A stretch of DNA of 64,000 bases from the IMG/VR virus record IMGVR_UViG_3300042430_001364, one strand, 5' to 3'. Source of the DNA: an uncultured virus (IMG/VR IMGVR_UViG_3300042430_001364). Lineage: Duplodnaviria; Heunggongvirae; Uroviricota; Caudoviricetes. The translations under genes were made by a program, and so were the position numbers. Shown here in pieces: positions 9,511 to 19,286 of the stretch; position 1 is the stretch's first letter; every line of letters begins with the position of its first letter. The notes under the pieces were generated by a model, which saw only the letters and a program-made list of their open reading frames with translations, searched no databases and was not told the DNA's origin.

Positions 9511-10136
9511 AGATTGATTATTTCTGTATTCATCATCCTCCAGCAAAAGCTAGAAAAGAATACATCACTCCGTTCTTTGAGACGCTAGATTCAAAGGTTA
9601 CTTGGGTAGAATACTTTTGGCCGCAAGATAAAGCTATCGAATGCCATCCTGTCGTAAATTCTCCGCACTCTGCTAATGGGGTCTTTTTAAATCCAGCGGA
9701 GCTTTCGTGCTTCTTTAAACACCGATACGCCGCAAAAATGATCTCGGAATCAACGGCTGACTTTGGCGTTGTATTTGAAGATGATATTGAGCCGCCTTCT
9801 TTTAATTGGGAAGATTGCATTCAATTATTCGCTAGCGAAACCATTCGCCAGAACTGCGACATCTTATTTATTGGTTCTTTTGGAGGAAGCGACATTAACC
9901 CTAGTTTTCAATCAGGCGTTTATACCCACAAGAACTTAAAGAGCAGGTGCGCTCATTGCTACATGATCTCTCCAAAAATAGCTAAAATGATTGGATATAA
10001 ACTTCTGTCAGTTAAAGAGCCTTTTGATTGGCAGCTTAACTCTATCATTTCTGATTTAAATTTAAACGTTGGCTGGAGTTTGCCTCACATTAACCAGCGA
10101 ACCGAAAAAGGCAGTATTCCTTCTTTACTTAGATGA
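9507..10136 (+). CDS. GT25-like glycosyltransferase
   Basis: ELSCFFKH, VVFEDD, AHCYMIS, PFD motifs. Confidence 0.75.
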   Translation: MKIDYFCIHHPPAKARKEYITPFFETLDSKVTWVEYFWPQDKAIECHPVVNSPHSANGVFLNPAELSCFFKHRYAAKMISESTADFGVVFEDDIEPPSFNWEDCIQLFASETIRQNCDILFIGSFGGSDINPSFQSGVYTHKNLKSRCAHCYMISPKIAKMIGYKLLSVKEPFDWQLNSIISDLNLNVGWSLPHINQRTEKGSIPSLLR

Positions 10137-10858
10137 AAATTTTAGTTTACACGGTAACCGATTTTAAACACTACGCTGACAACTGTATTGAAATGCTTTT
10201 CGAGAATATCGAAAAAAAAGATAACGTAGATTTCTGCGTCATTTCCAGCATCCCACCTCCAGAAAAATTTAAATACAAAACTATCGTAGATGACAAGAAG
10301 TATAGTTACGTTGGCTTTCTTAAATACTCCGATAAAGTTCCGTCTGGATACGACGCTTATGTTTACTTGGATTCTGACATTATTTATTTTGGCGACGTTA
10401 ACGACTTGGTTAAAGACAAGTTCGACTTATCAATAGTCTTTGAAAATCTTAGAATGAATGAGGACTGGTTTCGATACAAAGGAGTCACTGACGAAAAAGA
10501 AATTCGCTTTTTTAAAGATAATAACGGACTGAATGCTGGCACGTTTTGTTTCAAAAATCTTAACTTCTTGAGTTTAGTTCGTTCTTTGTATGAGCCTTTT
10601 ATAAGCGGAGAACCTCACGCCGATGCAAGGCTAGAACAATCTTCTTACAACTATGCTGTTTGCAAGTACGTGGCTTTTGACTTTAGCTTATGTTTTAATT
10701 TATCTAGCGTTGTTAAATTATTCGCGTCCGATTGTTGGTTTACTCCTGAAAAAAAGCTCTATCATTTCTGTGGATTTTCCAACGAAATGTTTTCTAAGTT
10801 CATTAAAATGAGCAACTTCCTAAATGAAAAACAGAGAAGACATAACAAGCCTGCTTGA
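10133..10858 (+). CDS. GT8-like (GT-A) glycosyltransferase
   Basis: YLDSD (DxD), LNAGTF, EQSSYN, HFCG. Confidence 0.7.
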   Translation: MKILVYTVTDFKHYADNCIEMLFENIEKKDNVDFCVISSIPPPEKFKYKTIVDDKKYSYVGFLKYSDKVPSGYDAYVYLDSDIIYFGDVNDLVKDKFDLSIVFENLRMNEDWFRYKGVTDEKEIRFFKDNNGLNAGTFCFKNLNFLSLVRSLYEPFISGEPHADARLEQSSYNYAVCKYVAFDFSLCFNLSSVVKLFASDCWFTPEKKLYHFCGFSNEMFSKFIKMSNFLNEKQRRHNKPA

Positions 10859-11360
10859 TTCTCGTAGCATTGGATGCGAGTTGGGCGTTTTCAAAGGAGA
10901 TTTCTCAAAAGTTCTTTTGGACTCTGGAAAATTTGATCAGCTTTATCTTGTTGATCCTTTTAGCGGCTCAATTCAATCTGGCGATAAGAACGGAAACAAC
11001 GCTGAAATCCATGATGGCGAAAGTCTTTTCTATTCTGTTTCAAAAAGATTTGAGCACGTTAACAACGTCTTCGTGACAAGACAACGCTCTGATGAATTTC
11101 TTTCTATTTTCCGTGATAACTTTTTTGACTTTATCTACATAGACACAACTCATCAATATGATCAAACAATTCTTGAGTTAGAATTGGCGTATAAAAAGAT
11201 TAAAAATAATGGAATCGTTGCTGGTCACGATTATCATCCTCAAATGTTCGGAGAGGTGGTTAATGCTGTTCAGTTCTTTTCTAATAAATACAACTTACCG
11301 TTTACCCTCACAACCGACGACGTATTAAATACTTATATTTTCTTAATTCAAAAACCATGA
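10824..11360 (+). CDS. Class I SAM methyltransferase (Methyltransf_24-like)
   Basis: CELGVFKG, VDPF, DFIYIDTTHQY, AGHDY. Confidence 0.85.
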   Translation: MKNREDITSLLDSRSIGCELGVFKGDFSKVLLDSGKFDQLYLVDPFSGSIQSGDKNGNNAEIHDGESLFYSVSKRFEHVNNVFVTRQRSDEFLSIFRDNFFDFIYIDTTHQYDQTILELELAYKKIKNNGIVAGHDYHPQMFGEVVNAVQFFSNKYNLPFTLTTDDVLNTYIFLIQKP

Positions 11361-12397
11361 AAACAGTTATTATCACAGGCGTAACAGGTCAAGACGGAAG
11401 TCTCATGGCCGACTATTTGCTTAAAAACACAGACTACAATATTCTTGGCGCAGTTCGCAGACTCAGTGTTTCTAACCATCAGAACATTAGTCATATCTAT
11501 GACCCACGTTTTAAACTGATAGACCTCGACATCAGCGACCCTCAAAGCACTAATCATGTTATAGATACTTACAGGCCAGATTACTTTATTAATTTTGCCG
11601 CCAATTCTTTCGTTGGAACTAGCTGGGAAATGCCACTTAACCATATGCAGAATAACTGCTTGGCAGTCATGTTCCAGCTTGAAGCTATTAGAAAGTTTGC
11701 TCCAAAATGCCGTTACTACAACGCAGGTTCTTCCGAAGAGTTTGGCGATGTTGTCACCGTTCCCCAAGACGAAACGCACCCGTTGCGCCCGCGCAGCCCA
11801 TACGGAGCCTCAAAAGCTGCCGCCCGCCATATCGTCAAAGTGTGGAGAGATTCCTACAACCTTTATGCCGTGCAAGGCTGGCTGTTCAACCATGAAGGAG
11901 TTCGCCGTGGTAAAGACTTTGTTACCAGAAAGATTACCTGTGGAGTAGCTAGAATCGCTAATGATTTAAAAAATGGGAAAACTCCAGCTCCATTAGAGCT
12001 TGGCAACTTATCATCTAAAAGAGATTGGAGCGATGCAGAAGACTTTGTCGATGGAGTGTGGAAAATGTTAAATCAATCTATACAACCTCCACTCGACTAT
12101 GTTTTGTCTAGTAACGAAACCCATACAGTTAGAGAGTTTGTCCAATTAGCTTTTGCAGCGGCAAAAATAGAAGGCGATTGGTTTGGCAAAGAAGGCACTA
12201 TTGGAGAAGCGCTTTATCATAGAGAATTGAAAATTCCACTTGTGATTGTTAATCCAAAGTTTTTTAGACCAGCAGAAGTTGAGCTTTTGCTAGGAGATTC
12301 GACAAAAGCTAGAAGCCATTTAAACTGGATGCCGAAAACGACTTTTTTCCAATTAACTAAAAAAATGGTTGACAGCGACATTAAATCATGTTCTTAG
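11357..12397 (+). CDS. gmd: GDP-mannose 4,6-dehydratase
   Basis: ITGVTGQDGS, SSEEFG, PRSPYGASK, FNHE, FVTRKIT, RPAEV. Confidence 0.95.
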   Translation: MKTVIITGVTGQDGSLMADYLLKNTDYNILGAVRRLSVSNHQNISHIYDPRFKLIDLDISDPQSTNHVIDTYRPDYFINFAANSFVGTSWEMPLNHMQNNCLAVMFQLEAIRKFAPKCRYYNAGSSEEFGDVVTVPQDETHPLRPRSPYGASKAAARHIVKVWRDSYNLYAVQGWLFNHEGVRRGKDFVTRKITCGVARIANDLKNGKTPAPLELGNLSSKRDWSDAEDFVDGVWKMLNQSIQPPLDYVLSSNETHTVREFVQLAFAAAKIEGDWFGKEGTIGEALYHRELKIPLVIVNPKFFRPAEVELLLGDSTKARSHLNWMPKTTFFQLTKKMVDSDIKSCS

Positions 12398-12403
12398 TTA
12401 GTT

Positions 12404-13336
12404 ATGCCAGTACAATACTGTATCGACAACGAGCTTAATCCTAGCAGATTAAAGATCTTCAAAGACTTTAGCGGAATCAAGTTAGCTAGAAACGAAGCTT
12501 CTTTTAGAATCAAGGACTGTCAACTTACCGCTCTTGACAAGAGTAGAGATTATTTAGATCCTTTTAGATATAAGTTTTTTGAGCTTTTCACGACTCAAGT
12601 ATTAAATTACTATAATCTTAAAGATTTAAACTTTGACTTTATGGTCAATTTTAATGACGAGACAAGCAACGAATACTTAGATGATCCAAGTAAGTTTGTT
12701 TTCGCTCGTTCAAAAAGTTCTCCGCATATTTGTGTCCCTGATTCTCATATAGGGCGAACGATTGATACCTGCTCTCGATTACCTGACTTAGATATTGAAT
12801 GGGACGCAAAACAAGATAAGGCTTGTTTCTTTGGTTCGGATACTGGTTTACCCCTTACGGAAGAGTTAACTCAAAGAGTGAGTATTTGCCAAAGATACTT
12901 TAACAGTAAAGTCGTTGACGCAAAAATAACTAATTTCACAAAGACGCCGCCAAACTCAGCTTATTCTAGTGATTTCGTAAGCATTGCTGATCAGCTCAAA
13001 TATAAATTCATTTTAAATGTAAACGGCAACACAACGTCTTGGGAGCGTTTGATTTGGACTATGGCGTCTAACTCCTTGTGCATTTACGTTCGCCCTCCAG
13101 TAGATCAAAACGACATATCTTGGTACTACCATATGTTTGATTTCGATCAAGCATTCGTTTATGTCGATGAAAACAATATAGAGTCGTGCGTAAAATTCTT
13201 GTTAGAGAATAAAGAAACTACTGCATATTTAAAACAAAGACAAAAAGTTACCGCTGAAATTCTTAGTGGCGCAGAATTCCACGCCCAATATTACGCAGGA
13301 ATCTTACAGCAATATAACAAACTTTACAATGAATAA
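12404..13336 (+). CDS. GT90 (CAP10/LpsA-like) glycosyltransferase
   Basis: W..KQDKACFFGSDTG and DQLKYKFILNVNGNTTSWERL motifs. Confidence 0.7.
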   Translation: MPVQYCIDNELNPSRLKIFKDFSGIKLARNEASFRIKDCQLTALDKSRDYLDPFRYKFFELFTTQVLNYYNLKDLNFDFMVNFNDETSNEYLDDPSKFVFARSKSSPHICVPDSHIGRTIDTCSRLPDLDIEWDAKQDKACFFGSDTGLPLTEELTQRVSICQRYFNSKVVDAKITNFTKTPPNSAYSSDFVSIADQLKYKFILNVNGNTTSWERLIWTMASNSLCIYVRPPVDQNDISWYYHMFDFDQAFVYVDENNIESCVKFLLENKETTAYLKQRQKVTAEILSGAEFHAQYYAGILQQYNKLYNE

Positions 13337-13955
13337 AGAAAATAGCGTTCAACTTATTGGTATTTATGGCGACGATCAAGTTCACGCTTGCTCGGCTTGG
13401 ACTTCTACGTCCAGAGATATTAACGAGGACAAGAAGCAGAGAATTGGGCCGCTGCTAAAAATGCTTGCCGAAAATGGGCATCATACGCCTTTTGAAAAGT
13501 CGTCGCTTCATTTCTTGGTTACTACTGACGTAGCTAGTCATATTCATTTATTGAAGCACAGAATTGGCGTTTCAATCAACGGCGAGTCTGCCAGATACAA
13601 AGAGATGAAAGAAGATAACTTCTGCGTACCTTCTGATTGGCCTGAGCATTGGAAAGAGATTCTTGAGAACTATACCAATAATGGTCTTAGACTCTATCAT
13701 AACTGCTTAGAAGATTTGGTCAAAAATCATGGCTTTGACCGTAAGCGAGCAAAAGAGTCCGCTAGATTCTTTAGAACTTACAATACGCAAGTTACTGCTG
13801 ATGTGATGTTTAATTGGAGATCGTTCTACCATTTTCTTAATCTTCGCAATAAGCCAGACGCCCAAAAGGAAATCCGAGACATTGCTTCGGAAATGCTTTC
13901 TTTGGTAAGAGTTGACGGTAAGTTCCCTTTGACGATAGAAGCTTTTGGCCTTTAA
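13329..13955 (+). CDS. thyX: Flavin-dependent thymidylate synthase
   Basis: GHHTPFE, KHRIGVSINGESARY (ThyX motif), NWRSFYHFLNLR..AQKEIR. Confidence 0.92.
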   Translation: MNKENSVQLIGIYGDDQVHACSAWTSTSRDINEDKKQRIGPLLKMLAENGHHTPFEKSSLHFLVTTDVASHIHLLKHRIGVSINGESARYKEMKEDNFCVPSDWPEHWKEILENYTNNGLRLYHNCLEDLVKNHGFDRKRAKESARFFRTYNTQVTADVMFNWRSFYHFLNLRNKPDAQKEIRDIASEMLSLVRVDGKFPLTIEAFGL

Positions 13956-13956
13956 G

Positions 13957-13962
13957 GTGTAA
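13957..13962 (+). promoter_or_regulatory. GTGTAA motif (putative phage-specific promoter)
   Basis: 9 nt before GTG at 13972. Confidence 0.55.
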
Positions 13963-13971
13963 ATATCCTAT

Positions 13972-14403
13972 GTGCCGTCTGAACTAATCAGTCTATTAGG
14001 TGGGTCTGTTGTTGGATTCATTTTTCGCTTTATGGCTGCAAAAGCCGAAGAGCAAAAGCTACGCTTTGATCGAATGATGAAAGCGATAGATAAAGCTGAT
14101 GAATCTGCCGACAAAGCCGCTAAAAGAGATGGCGACGTAGGCAAGATGGTTAGACAGTTCATTGTTGTTTCTGTTATCTTCTCTATTGTTATATCTCCTT
14201 TTCTTATGGCCCTTTTGGGCATTCCTACTTATCTTCAAGTAGATTATCAAGACGGAGGAGACATCTTAGGTTTCGTTGCAGAGAAGACTAAAACGGCTTT
14301 CGTTGAGATTTCAGGCAATTTGATCACTACTGAGATACGCCAATGCTTAATCGCAATTACAGGCTTTTACTTTGGTTCTGCTGCGGCTTCAAATAAATCT
14401 TAA
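13972..14403 (+). CDS. Membrane protein, holin-like
   Basis: Three hydrophobic segments, C-terminal ITGFYFGS motif. Confidence 0.5.
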   Translation: MPSELISLLGGSVVGFIFRFMAAKAEEQKLRFDRMMKAIDKADESADKAAKRDGDVGKMVRQFIVVSVIFSIVISPFLMALLGIPTYLQVDYQDGGDILGFVAEKTKTAFVEISGNLITTEIRQCLIAITGFYFGSAAASNKS

Positions 14404-14410
14404 AAAAGTA

Positions 14411-14416
14411 TTGACA
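14411..14416 (+). promoter_or_regulatory. Sigma70-type -35 box for the replication operon
   Basis: TTGACA starting 35 nt before ATG 14446. Confidence 0.65.
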
Positions 14417-14445
14417 GTTGGTGATAACTGCTTTCTTGTGGCCGC

Positions 14446-14898
14446 ATGGAAGAGCCATTTCAACTAGAGATTCAGTCTCCAGAGGTAGTCAAGGTTCGTA
14501 AACCTAGAAAACCAAGGAAGCCTCGCGCCGAAAGAGCACCTCGTAAACCTAGAGTCAAGAAGCCAAAACCAGCAAAGAAAGCGTCTCGTCGTGTTATCGT
14601 TGCTAGATTTGTGAGTATGCCAAAGCGCACCACCGCTGAGTTTTGGAAGAAAGAGTTTACTATTCTCAGGCAGCTTGAGGAAAGATACGGCTTTAAATTC
14701 TTGTCGGAATATGTTCCTATCAAGAAGGTTGAGAGTCTCGCTTTTTATTATGCTGATTGGAAAGCGGCGGAACTTGAAATCAAGCGCAATGAGTTTTACT
14801 ATCAGCCACAACCAACCCAAACAATCGTCTTGACAGACAAGGTTGGAGAAGATTTTAACATTAAACCTAAACCAACACTAAAGGAATTTTTATCATGA
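14446..14898 (+). CDS. Hypothetical protein with K/R/P-rich N-terminus
   Basis: KPRKPRKPRAERAPRKPRVKKPKPAKK repeat; overlaps recA start (ATGA). Confidence 0.6.
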   Translation: MEEPFQLEIQSPEVVKVRKPRKPRKPRAERAPRKPRVKKPKPAKKASRRVIVARFVSMPKRTTAEFWKKEFTILRQLEERYGFKFLSEYVPIKKVESLAFYYADWKAAELEIKRNEFYYQPQPTQTIVLTDKVGEDFNIKPKPTLKEFLS

Positions 14899-16067
14899 GC
14901 AAGAAAGAAAAAGTAAAAGAAGAAAAAGCAGAAGCAAACGTTTCGTCTAATTCTGTCCTCAAATCATTTTTGAACGACAAGAAGGAAGATCATTACAACT
15001 TTGAAGAGACTTGTAATTATAAAGTTTCTACTGGTTCTCTAAATTTAGATATGCAGACCAGCGGAGGCATTGGACCGGGCCTTCATCGGTTCGTTGGCTT
15101 TACCGAAGGCGGTAAAACATCCGCCGCTCTTGAAGTTATGCGTAACTTCTTAAATACAGTTCCAAATTCAAAAGGCTTTTTCATCAAAGCAGAAGGTCGC
15201 CTTTCTGATGAAATGCAAAAACGTTCTGGTGTTAAGTTTGTTTTTGACGCTGAATCTTGGGATGTTGGAACCTGTTTCGTATTTGAGTGCAATATTTACG
15301 AGACAGCTGTAGATGCAATGCGCCAGTTGGTTCAGTTCAACGAAGACAAGGCTAAGTATATGTTTGTTCTGGACTCTGTTGACGGATTAATTTCCAAAGG
15401 AGATTTGAACAAAAACTTTGAAGACTCTAAGAAAGTCGCTGGCGGTGCTGTAATTGCGTCGGACTTTATGAAGCGTATGTCTATTGGTCTGACCAAACGC
15501 GGTCACATGGCAATCTTTATCTCTCAAGTTAGAAGTGATATTCAACTCGACCCATATAGCAAAGCTCCTATTCGCCAAACATCCGCTACTGGTGGTAATG
15601 CTCTGCTGCACTTCGCCAATTTCATTTTCGAGTTTGAGCCTCGTTTTGAAGGCGACGTTATTCTGAAAGACCCATCAATCAAGAAATCTGATCCAATAAA
15701 GAATCCTATCATTGGTCATTACTGCAAAATCTATATCAAGAAGAGTCCAAACGAAAAAAGCAAGAATCGTATCACTTATCCGATTAAGTACGGACGCACT
15801 AATGGGCGTTCTGTTTGGCTTGAAAAAGAAATCGTAGATATGCTCTTATCTTGGGAAATGGTAGAACGCTCTGGAGCTTGGTATTATATTTCCGAAGACT
15901 TAAAGGAGATTTGTTCTTCTAACAATATCGAGATTCCAGAAAAGTTCCAAGGCGAAAACGCACTGTTCTCTTTCATTGAAGGTAATGAAAAATTAACTAA
16001 AATCCTCCACAAGCTTTTTGTGGGTATGATTTCTAGTGATCCTTCTAATGAAATTCAAAACGCTTAA
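14895..16067 (+). CDS. recA: RecA/UvsX recombinase
   Basis: STGSLNLD, GFTEGGKTS Walker A, VLDSV, ISQVR, GGNALLHFA, SGAWY. Confidence 0.9.
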   Translation: MSKKEKVKEEKAEANVSSNSVLKSFLNDKKEDHYNFEETCNYKVSTGSLNLDMQTSGGIGPGLHRFVGFTEGGKTSAALEVMRNFLNTVPNSKGFFIKAEGRLSDEMQKRSGVKFVFDAESWDVGTCFVFECNIYETAVDAMRQLVQFNEDKAKYMFVLDSVDGLISKGDLNKNFEDSKKVAGGAVIASDFMKRMSIGLTKRGHMAIFISQVRSDIQLDPYSKAPIRQTSATGGNALLHFANFIFEFEPRFEGDVILKDPSIKKSDPIKNPIIGHYCKIYIKKSPNEKSKNRITYPIKYGRTNGRSVWLEKEIVDMLLSWEMVERSGAWYYISEDLKEICSSNNIEIPEKFQGENALFSFIEGNEKLTKILHKLFVGMISSDPSNEIQNA

Positions 16068-16458
16068 TGGCAAAGAAAAATTAATTAAAAACTCTAAAAA
16101 TTTCTTAATTAATTGGAAAGCCAAATCCAGAAGCAAAGTTCAATGGAGAGTAAAACAATTTTTATTCTCTTACTGGAAACACGATATTGTCTTTGAAGAG
16201 CTTCGTGTTGCTGGAACACGTTTGTCTTTGGACTTCTACAACGCGAATAAAAAAATCGCAGTAGAAGTTCAAGGTAAACAGCACCAGCAATTTAACAAGT
16301 TTTTCCACAATAACAATCGACTCAACTGGCTCGCGCAGTTGAAGAGAGACGATTTAAAGATGAAGTTTTGCTTGACAAACGGAATCTTGCTCGTAGAGAT
16401 TTACGAAGACGAGGAAATCAACCATGAGATTTTCTCAAAACAAGGAGTAGAACTATGA
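16048..16458 (+). CDS. PD-(D/E)xK endonuclease (DUF559/Vsr-like)
   Basis: LDFYN..IAVEVQGKQH..RDDLK. Confidence 0.75.
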   Translation: MKFKTLNGKEKLIKNSKNFLINWKAKSRSKVQWRVKQFLFSYWKHDIVFEELRVAGTRLSLDFYNANKKIAVEVQGKQHQQFNKFFHNNNRLNWLAQLKRDDLKMKFCLTNGILLVEIYEDEEINHEIFSKQGVEL

Positions 16459-16709
16459 AGAAACCTAAAGACAAAAAAGATAACGAAAATAAAGAATTCA
16501 AATTTCCAGTCGAAATGGTCGCGCAGATTTATGAAATGTCTGGCGGCGCGGATTCGTACAAAGGCGTTGTTCTTTGTATCTGCTCTGAGAACGGCACTCC
16601 TCAAATCTACACTCGCTTCGATTCAGTTTTAACTTCTCTTGGTCTTAAAAAAGCTATGGAAGAATGGCTTAACGAAGACTCCACAGAAATTTCGGACGAT
16701 AACGAATAA
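16455..16709 (+). CDS. Hypothetical protein
   Basis: Translationally coupled to both neighbours. Confidence 0.6.
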   Translation: MKKPKDKKDNENKEFKFPVEMVAQIYEMSGGADSYKGVVLCICSENGTPQIYTRFDSVLTSLGLKKAMEEWLNEDSTEISDDNE

Positions 16710-18229
16710 TGCTTTATTCACTAGAAGTAGAACAGCAGTTTTTAGCTGGACTGATTCAGCATCCAGATACTTACGCAGAAGTCTGCGACTTTGTATCTGA
16801 ATCTGATTTCTATTCAGAGTCCACCGTTGTTCACAAAACGATTTATCATATCATTCGTAAATGCCTTGAGGCCAACGAGAAGATAGATGAAGTAATTATA
16901 GCTCAACGCATTAAAGAAATTGGCGTCTCTTTTCAAGACAACATCAATGTCTTTGATTATTGTCGTTCCTTAGCTGTCAGAAAGACTAATCCAACAACAG
17001 CAGTTGCCGCAGCGAAAGAGATTAAGAAATATTCTATTCGCCGCACGATTCACAAGTCGGCTTTGGATGTTGCGGATAAGATGAAAAGAATAGCTCCTGA
17101 TGCTTCTTATCAAAAGATCATTGAAGAAGCTGATTCATCCTTTAATAAAACAATTAATTTATATGAAAATAATGACGAAAAGCCTGTTAACATTTTTGAA
17201 GAAATGGAGTCTATCATTGAAGATCGCGGTAACAATCCGATTACTGAGTTTGGCCTTATGGGTCCATTCCCGACAGTTAACAAGATTTACGGGTCCCTTT
17301 TAAGACCCGGTAATATCACTGTTATCGTTGCCCGCTCTGGCGTAGGTAAAACTCTTTTGTCTTTGAATTTCTGCACAAAAGTTTCGGCAGAGTACGATGT
17401 TCCAGTTCTCCACTTTGATAACGGCGAAATGAGCAAAGAAGAAGTTATCATGCGTCAGTGCGCCGCTCTGAGTCACGTTCCTGTTCATCTTCTTGAAAGC
17501 GGTCTTTGGCGTAAGGCTGGATCTGAAATTGTTGATCGTGTTCGCGCTACTTGGACTAAAGTGAAGAATCTTAAATTCTATTACTACAATGTAGGAGGAA
17601 TGACTACTGATCAAATGGTTAATACCTTGAAGAGATTTTACTACTCAAAGATTGGTCGCGGCAACAAGATGATCTTTAGCTTCGATTACATTAAGCCTTC
17701 TGCTGATTCTGATAAGGACAAATCTGAATGGCAAGTAATCGGTAATATGTTGGATAAGTTTAAGAAAACTATTCAACGTGATTTAGTTCAAGATCATAAA
17801 CCTTTGGTGGCGATGTTCACTTCTGTGCAGTCAAATAGAAGTGGCGTAACGACTAACCGTAACGCTAGCGATATTAACGATGATGAAAGTATCGTGTCTA
17901 TGTCTGACCGTATCGTTCACTATTGTTCTCATATGGCAATTCTCCGCAACAAGACAGTTGACGAAAGAATGGAGGACGGAAATGATTTCGGCACTCATAA
18001 ACTGATCTTTATCAAGAATCGTTTCTTGGGTTCTGACATTGCTGGCGCAGTTGAGCCTGTGCGTATGCCAGACGGAAATTTGCGCCGTAACTTTATCAAT
18101 CTTCGCTTTAATAATTTCGACGTTACCGAGCATGGAGATTTGCGCGATATTGTTCGTTCAATGGATACAGGAATAACAAGACCAGAAGCCTCTAATGAAC
18201 AAGACGATGTCCCAAACTTTAACCCTTGA
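16709..18229 (+). CDS. dnaB: Replicative DNA helicase
   Basis: EQQFLAGLI N-domain, ARSGVGKT, GEMS, FDYI, VQSNR, IKNR. Confidence 0.93.
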   Translation: MLYSLEVEQQFLAGLIQHPDTYAEVCDFVSESDFYSESTVVHKTIYHIIRKCLEANEKIDEVIIAQRIKEIGVSFQDNINVFDYCRSLAVRKTNPTTAVAAAKEIKKYSIRRTIHKSALDVADKMKRIAPDASYQKIIEEADSSFNKTINLYENNDEKPVNIFEEMESIIEDRGNNPITEFGLMGPFPTVNKIYGSLLRPGNITVIVARSGVGKTLLSLNFCTKVSAEYDVPVLHFDNGEMSKEEVIMRQCAALSHVPVHLLESGLWRKAGSEIVDRVRATWTKVKNLKFYYYNVGGMTTDQMVNTLKRFYYSKIGRGNKMIFSFDYIKPSADSDKDKSEWQVIGNMLDKFKKTIQRDLVQDHKPLVAMFTSVQSNRSGVTTNRNASDINDDESIVSMSDRIVHYCSHMAILRNKTVDERMEDGNDFGTHKLIFIKNRFLGSDIAGAVEPVRMPDGNLRRNFINLRFNNFDVTEHGDLRDIVRSMDTGITRPEASNEQDDVPNFNP

Positions 18230-19286
18230 TCCTACGCAGCTTAAAAGCTCGCTAGAATCTTTAGGTTATAATCTAAGAGATTGCGGCAGCTATTGGCGCT
18301 CTTCTGCGATTTATCGTGGAGGTGATAACGCTACAGCTTTAAAGATTTATAAGAACAGCGGCGTATGGACAGACTTTGCTAGCGGAGACAAAAGCTTCCC
18401 GATCAAGAGGCTAATTTCTCTTACCCTAAATACAAAAGATGATTCAGTGATAGATAAGTATGTAAAATTTGATCTTCAAGATATCATATCTAACGAAGTT
18501 AAAGAGAAAATCGAAATGGAAAAAATCTATCCAGAATCAATACTAGAGAACCTTCTTCCTCATTTAGATTTCTATTCTAAGAAGATGATTTCTCCGGATA
18601 CTTTAAATTTCTATAAATGCGGCTACGCTACTGCTGGGCAGCTTTTCAGAAGAATCGTTTTTCCTATTTATAATTCTCAAGGAGATATTCATGGGTTTTC
18701 CGCTAGAGCTACAGTTTGGGATAAGGATTCTACCTTTCCAAAGTGGAAGCACATGGGTAAAAAAACAAATTGGGTTTATCCTCTTCACATTAAACGAGGC
18801 GGCGTTGAGATTGTTAGGGAAAAAATTGCTGAAACTGGAACTGTTATTATCGTAGAAAGCATTGGTGACAGTATGGCTCTTTATGAAAACGGCTATTCAA
18901 ATAACTTGGTTACATTCGGTTTGGGAATCTCCTCTAAACTCTGTTCAACTCTTGTTGAACTTAATCCCGACAAGATCGTTATTGCCTACAACAACGATTC
19001 AAAGAGCGATTTTAATCACGGATTAGTTTCATCTTGCAAGTCGTACTTGCAGCTTTGTTCTGTTTTTGACCATACCAAACTGTCTATTAAGCTTCCTTTG
19101 GCTAATGATTTTAGCGATATGAACTTACTAAAACACGAAGGGCAAGATGATATATTTGATAAATGGAATGATAAAATGATAAATAAAGAAGCTCAAATTA
19201 AAAAAATATACGAAATAGCTTGCCAGAATGATTTTAATCGCCTGTTAATTAAAAAAGCAGAAGAACTAAAGGACTCACTTGTCTAA
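18195..19286 (+). CDS. DNA primase (DnaG-like, TOPRIM) with degenerate zinc finger
   Basis: RIVFPIYN..GFSAR, KWKH, IIVESIGD, YNND, NDFSD; follows the helicase. Confidence 0.8.
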   Translation: MNKTMSQTLTLDPTQLKSSLESLGYNLRDCGSYWRSSAIYRGGDNATALKIYKNSGVWTDFASGDKSFPIKRLISLTLNTKDDSVIDKYVKFDLQDIISNEVKEKIEMEKIYPESILENLLPHLDFYSKKMISPDTLNFYKCGYATAGQLFRRIVFPIYNSQGDIHGFSARATVWDKDSTFPKWKHMGKKTNWVYPLHIKRGGVEIVREKIAETGTVIIVESIGDSMALYENGYSNNLVTFGLGISSKLCSTLVELNPDKIVIAYNNDSKSDFNHGLVSSCKSYLQLCSVFDHTKLSIKLPLANDFSDMNLLKHEGQDDIFDKWNDKMINKEAQIKKIYEIACQNDFNRLLIKKAEELKDSLV

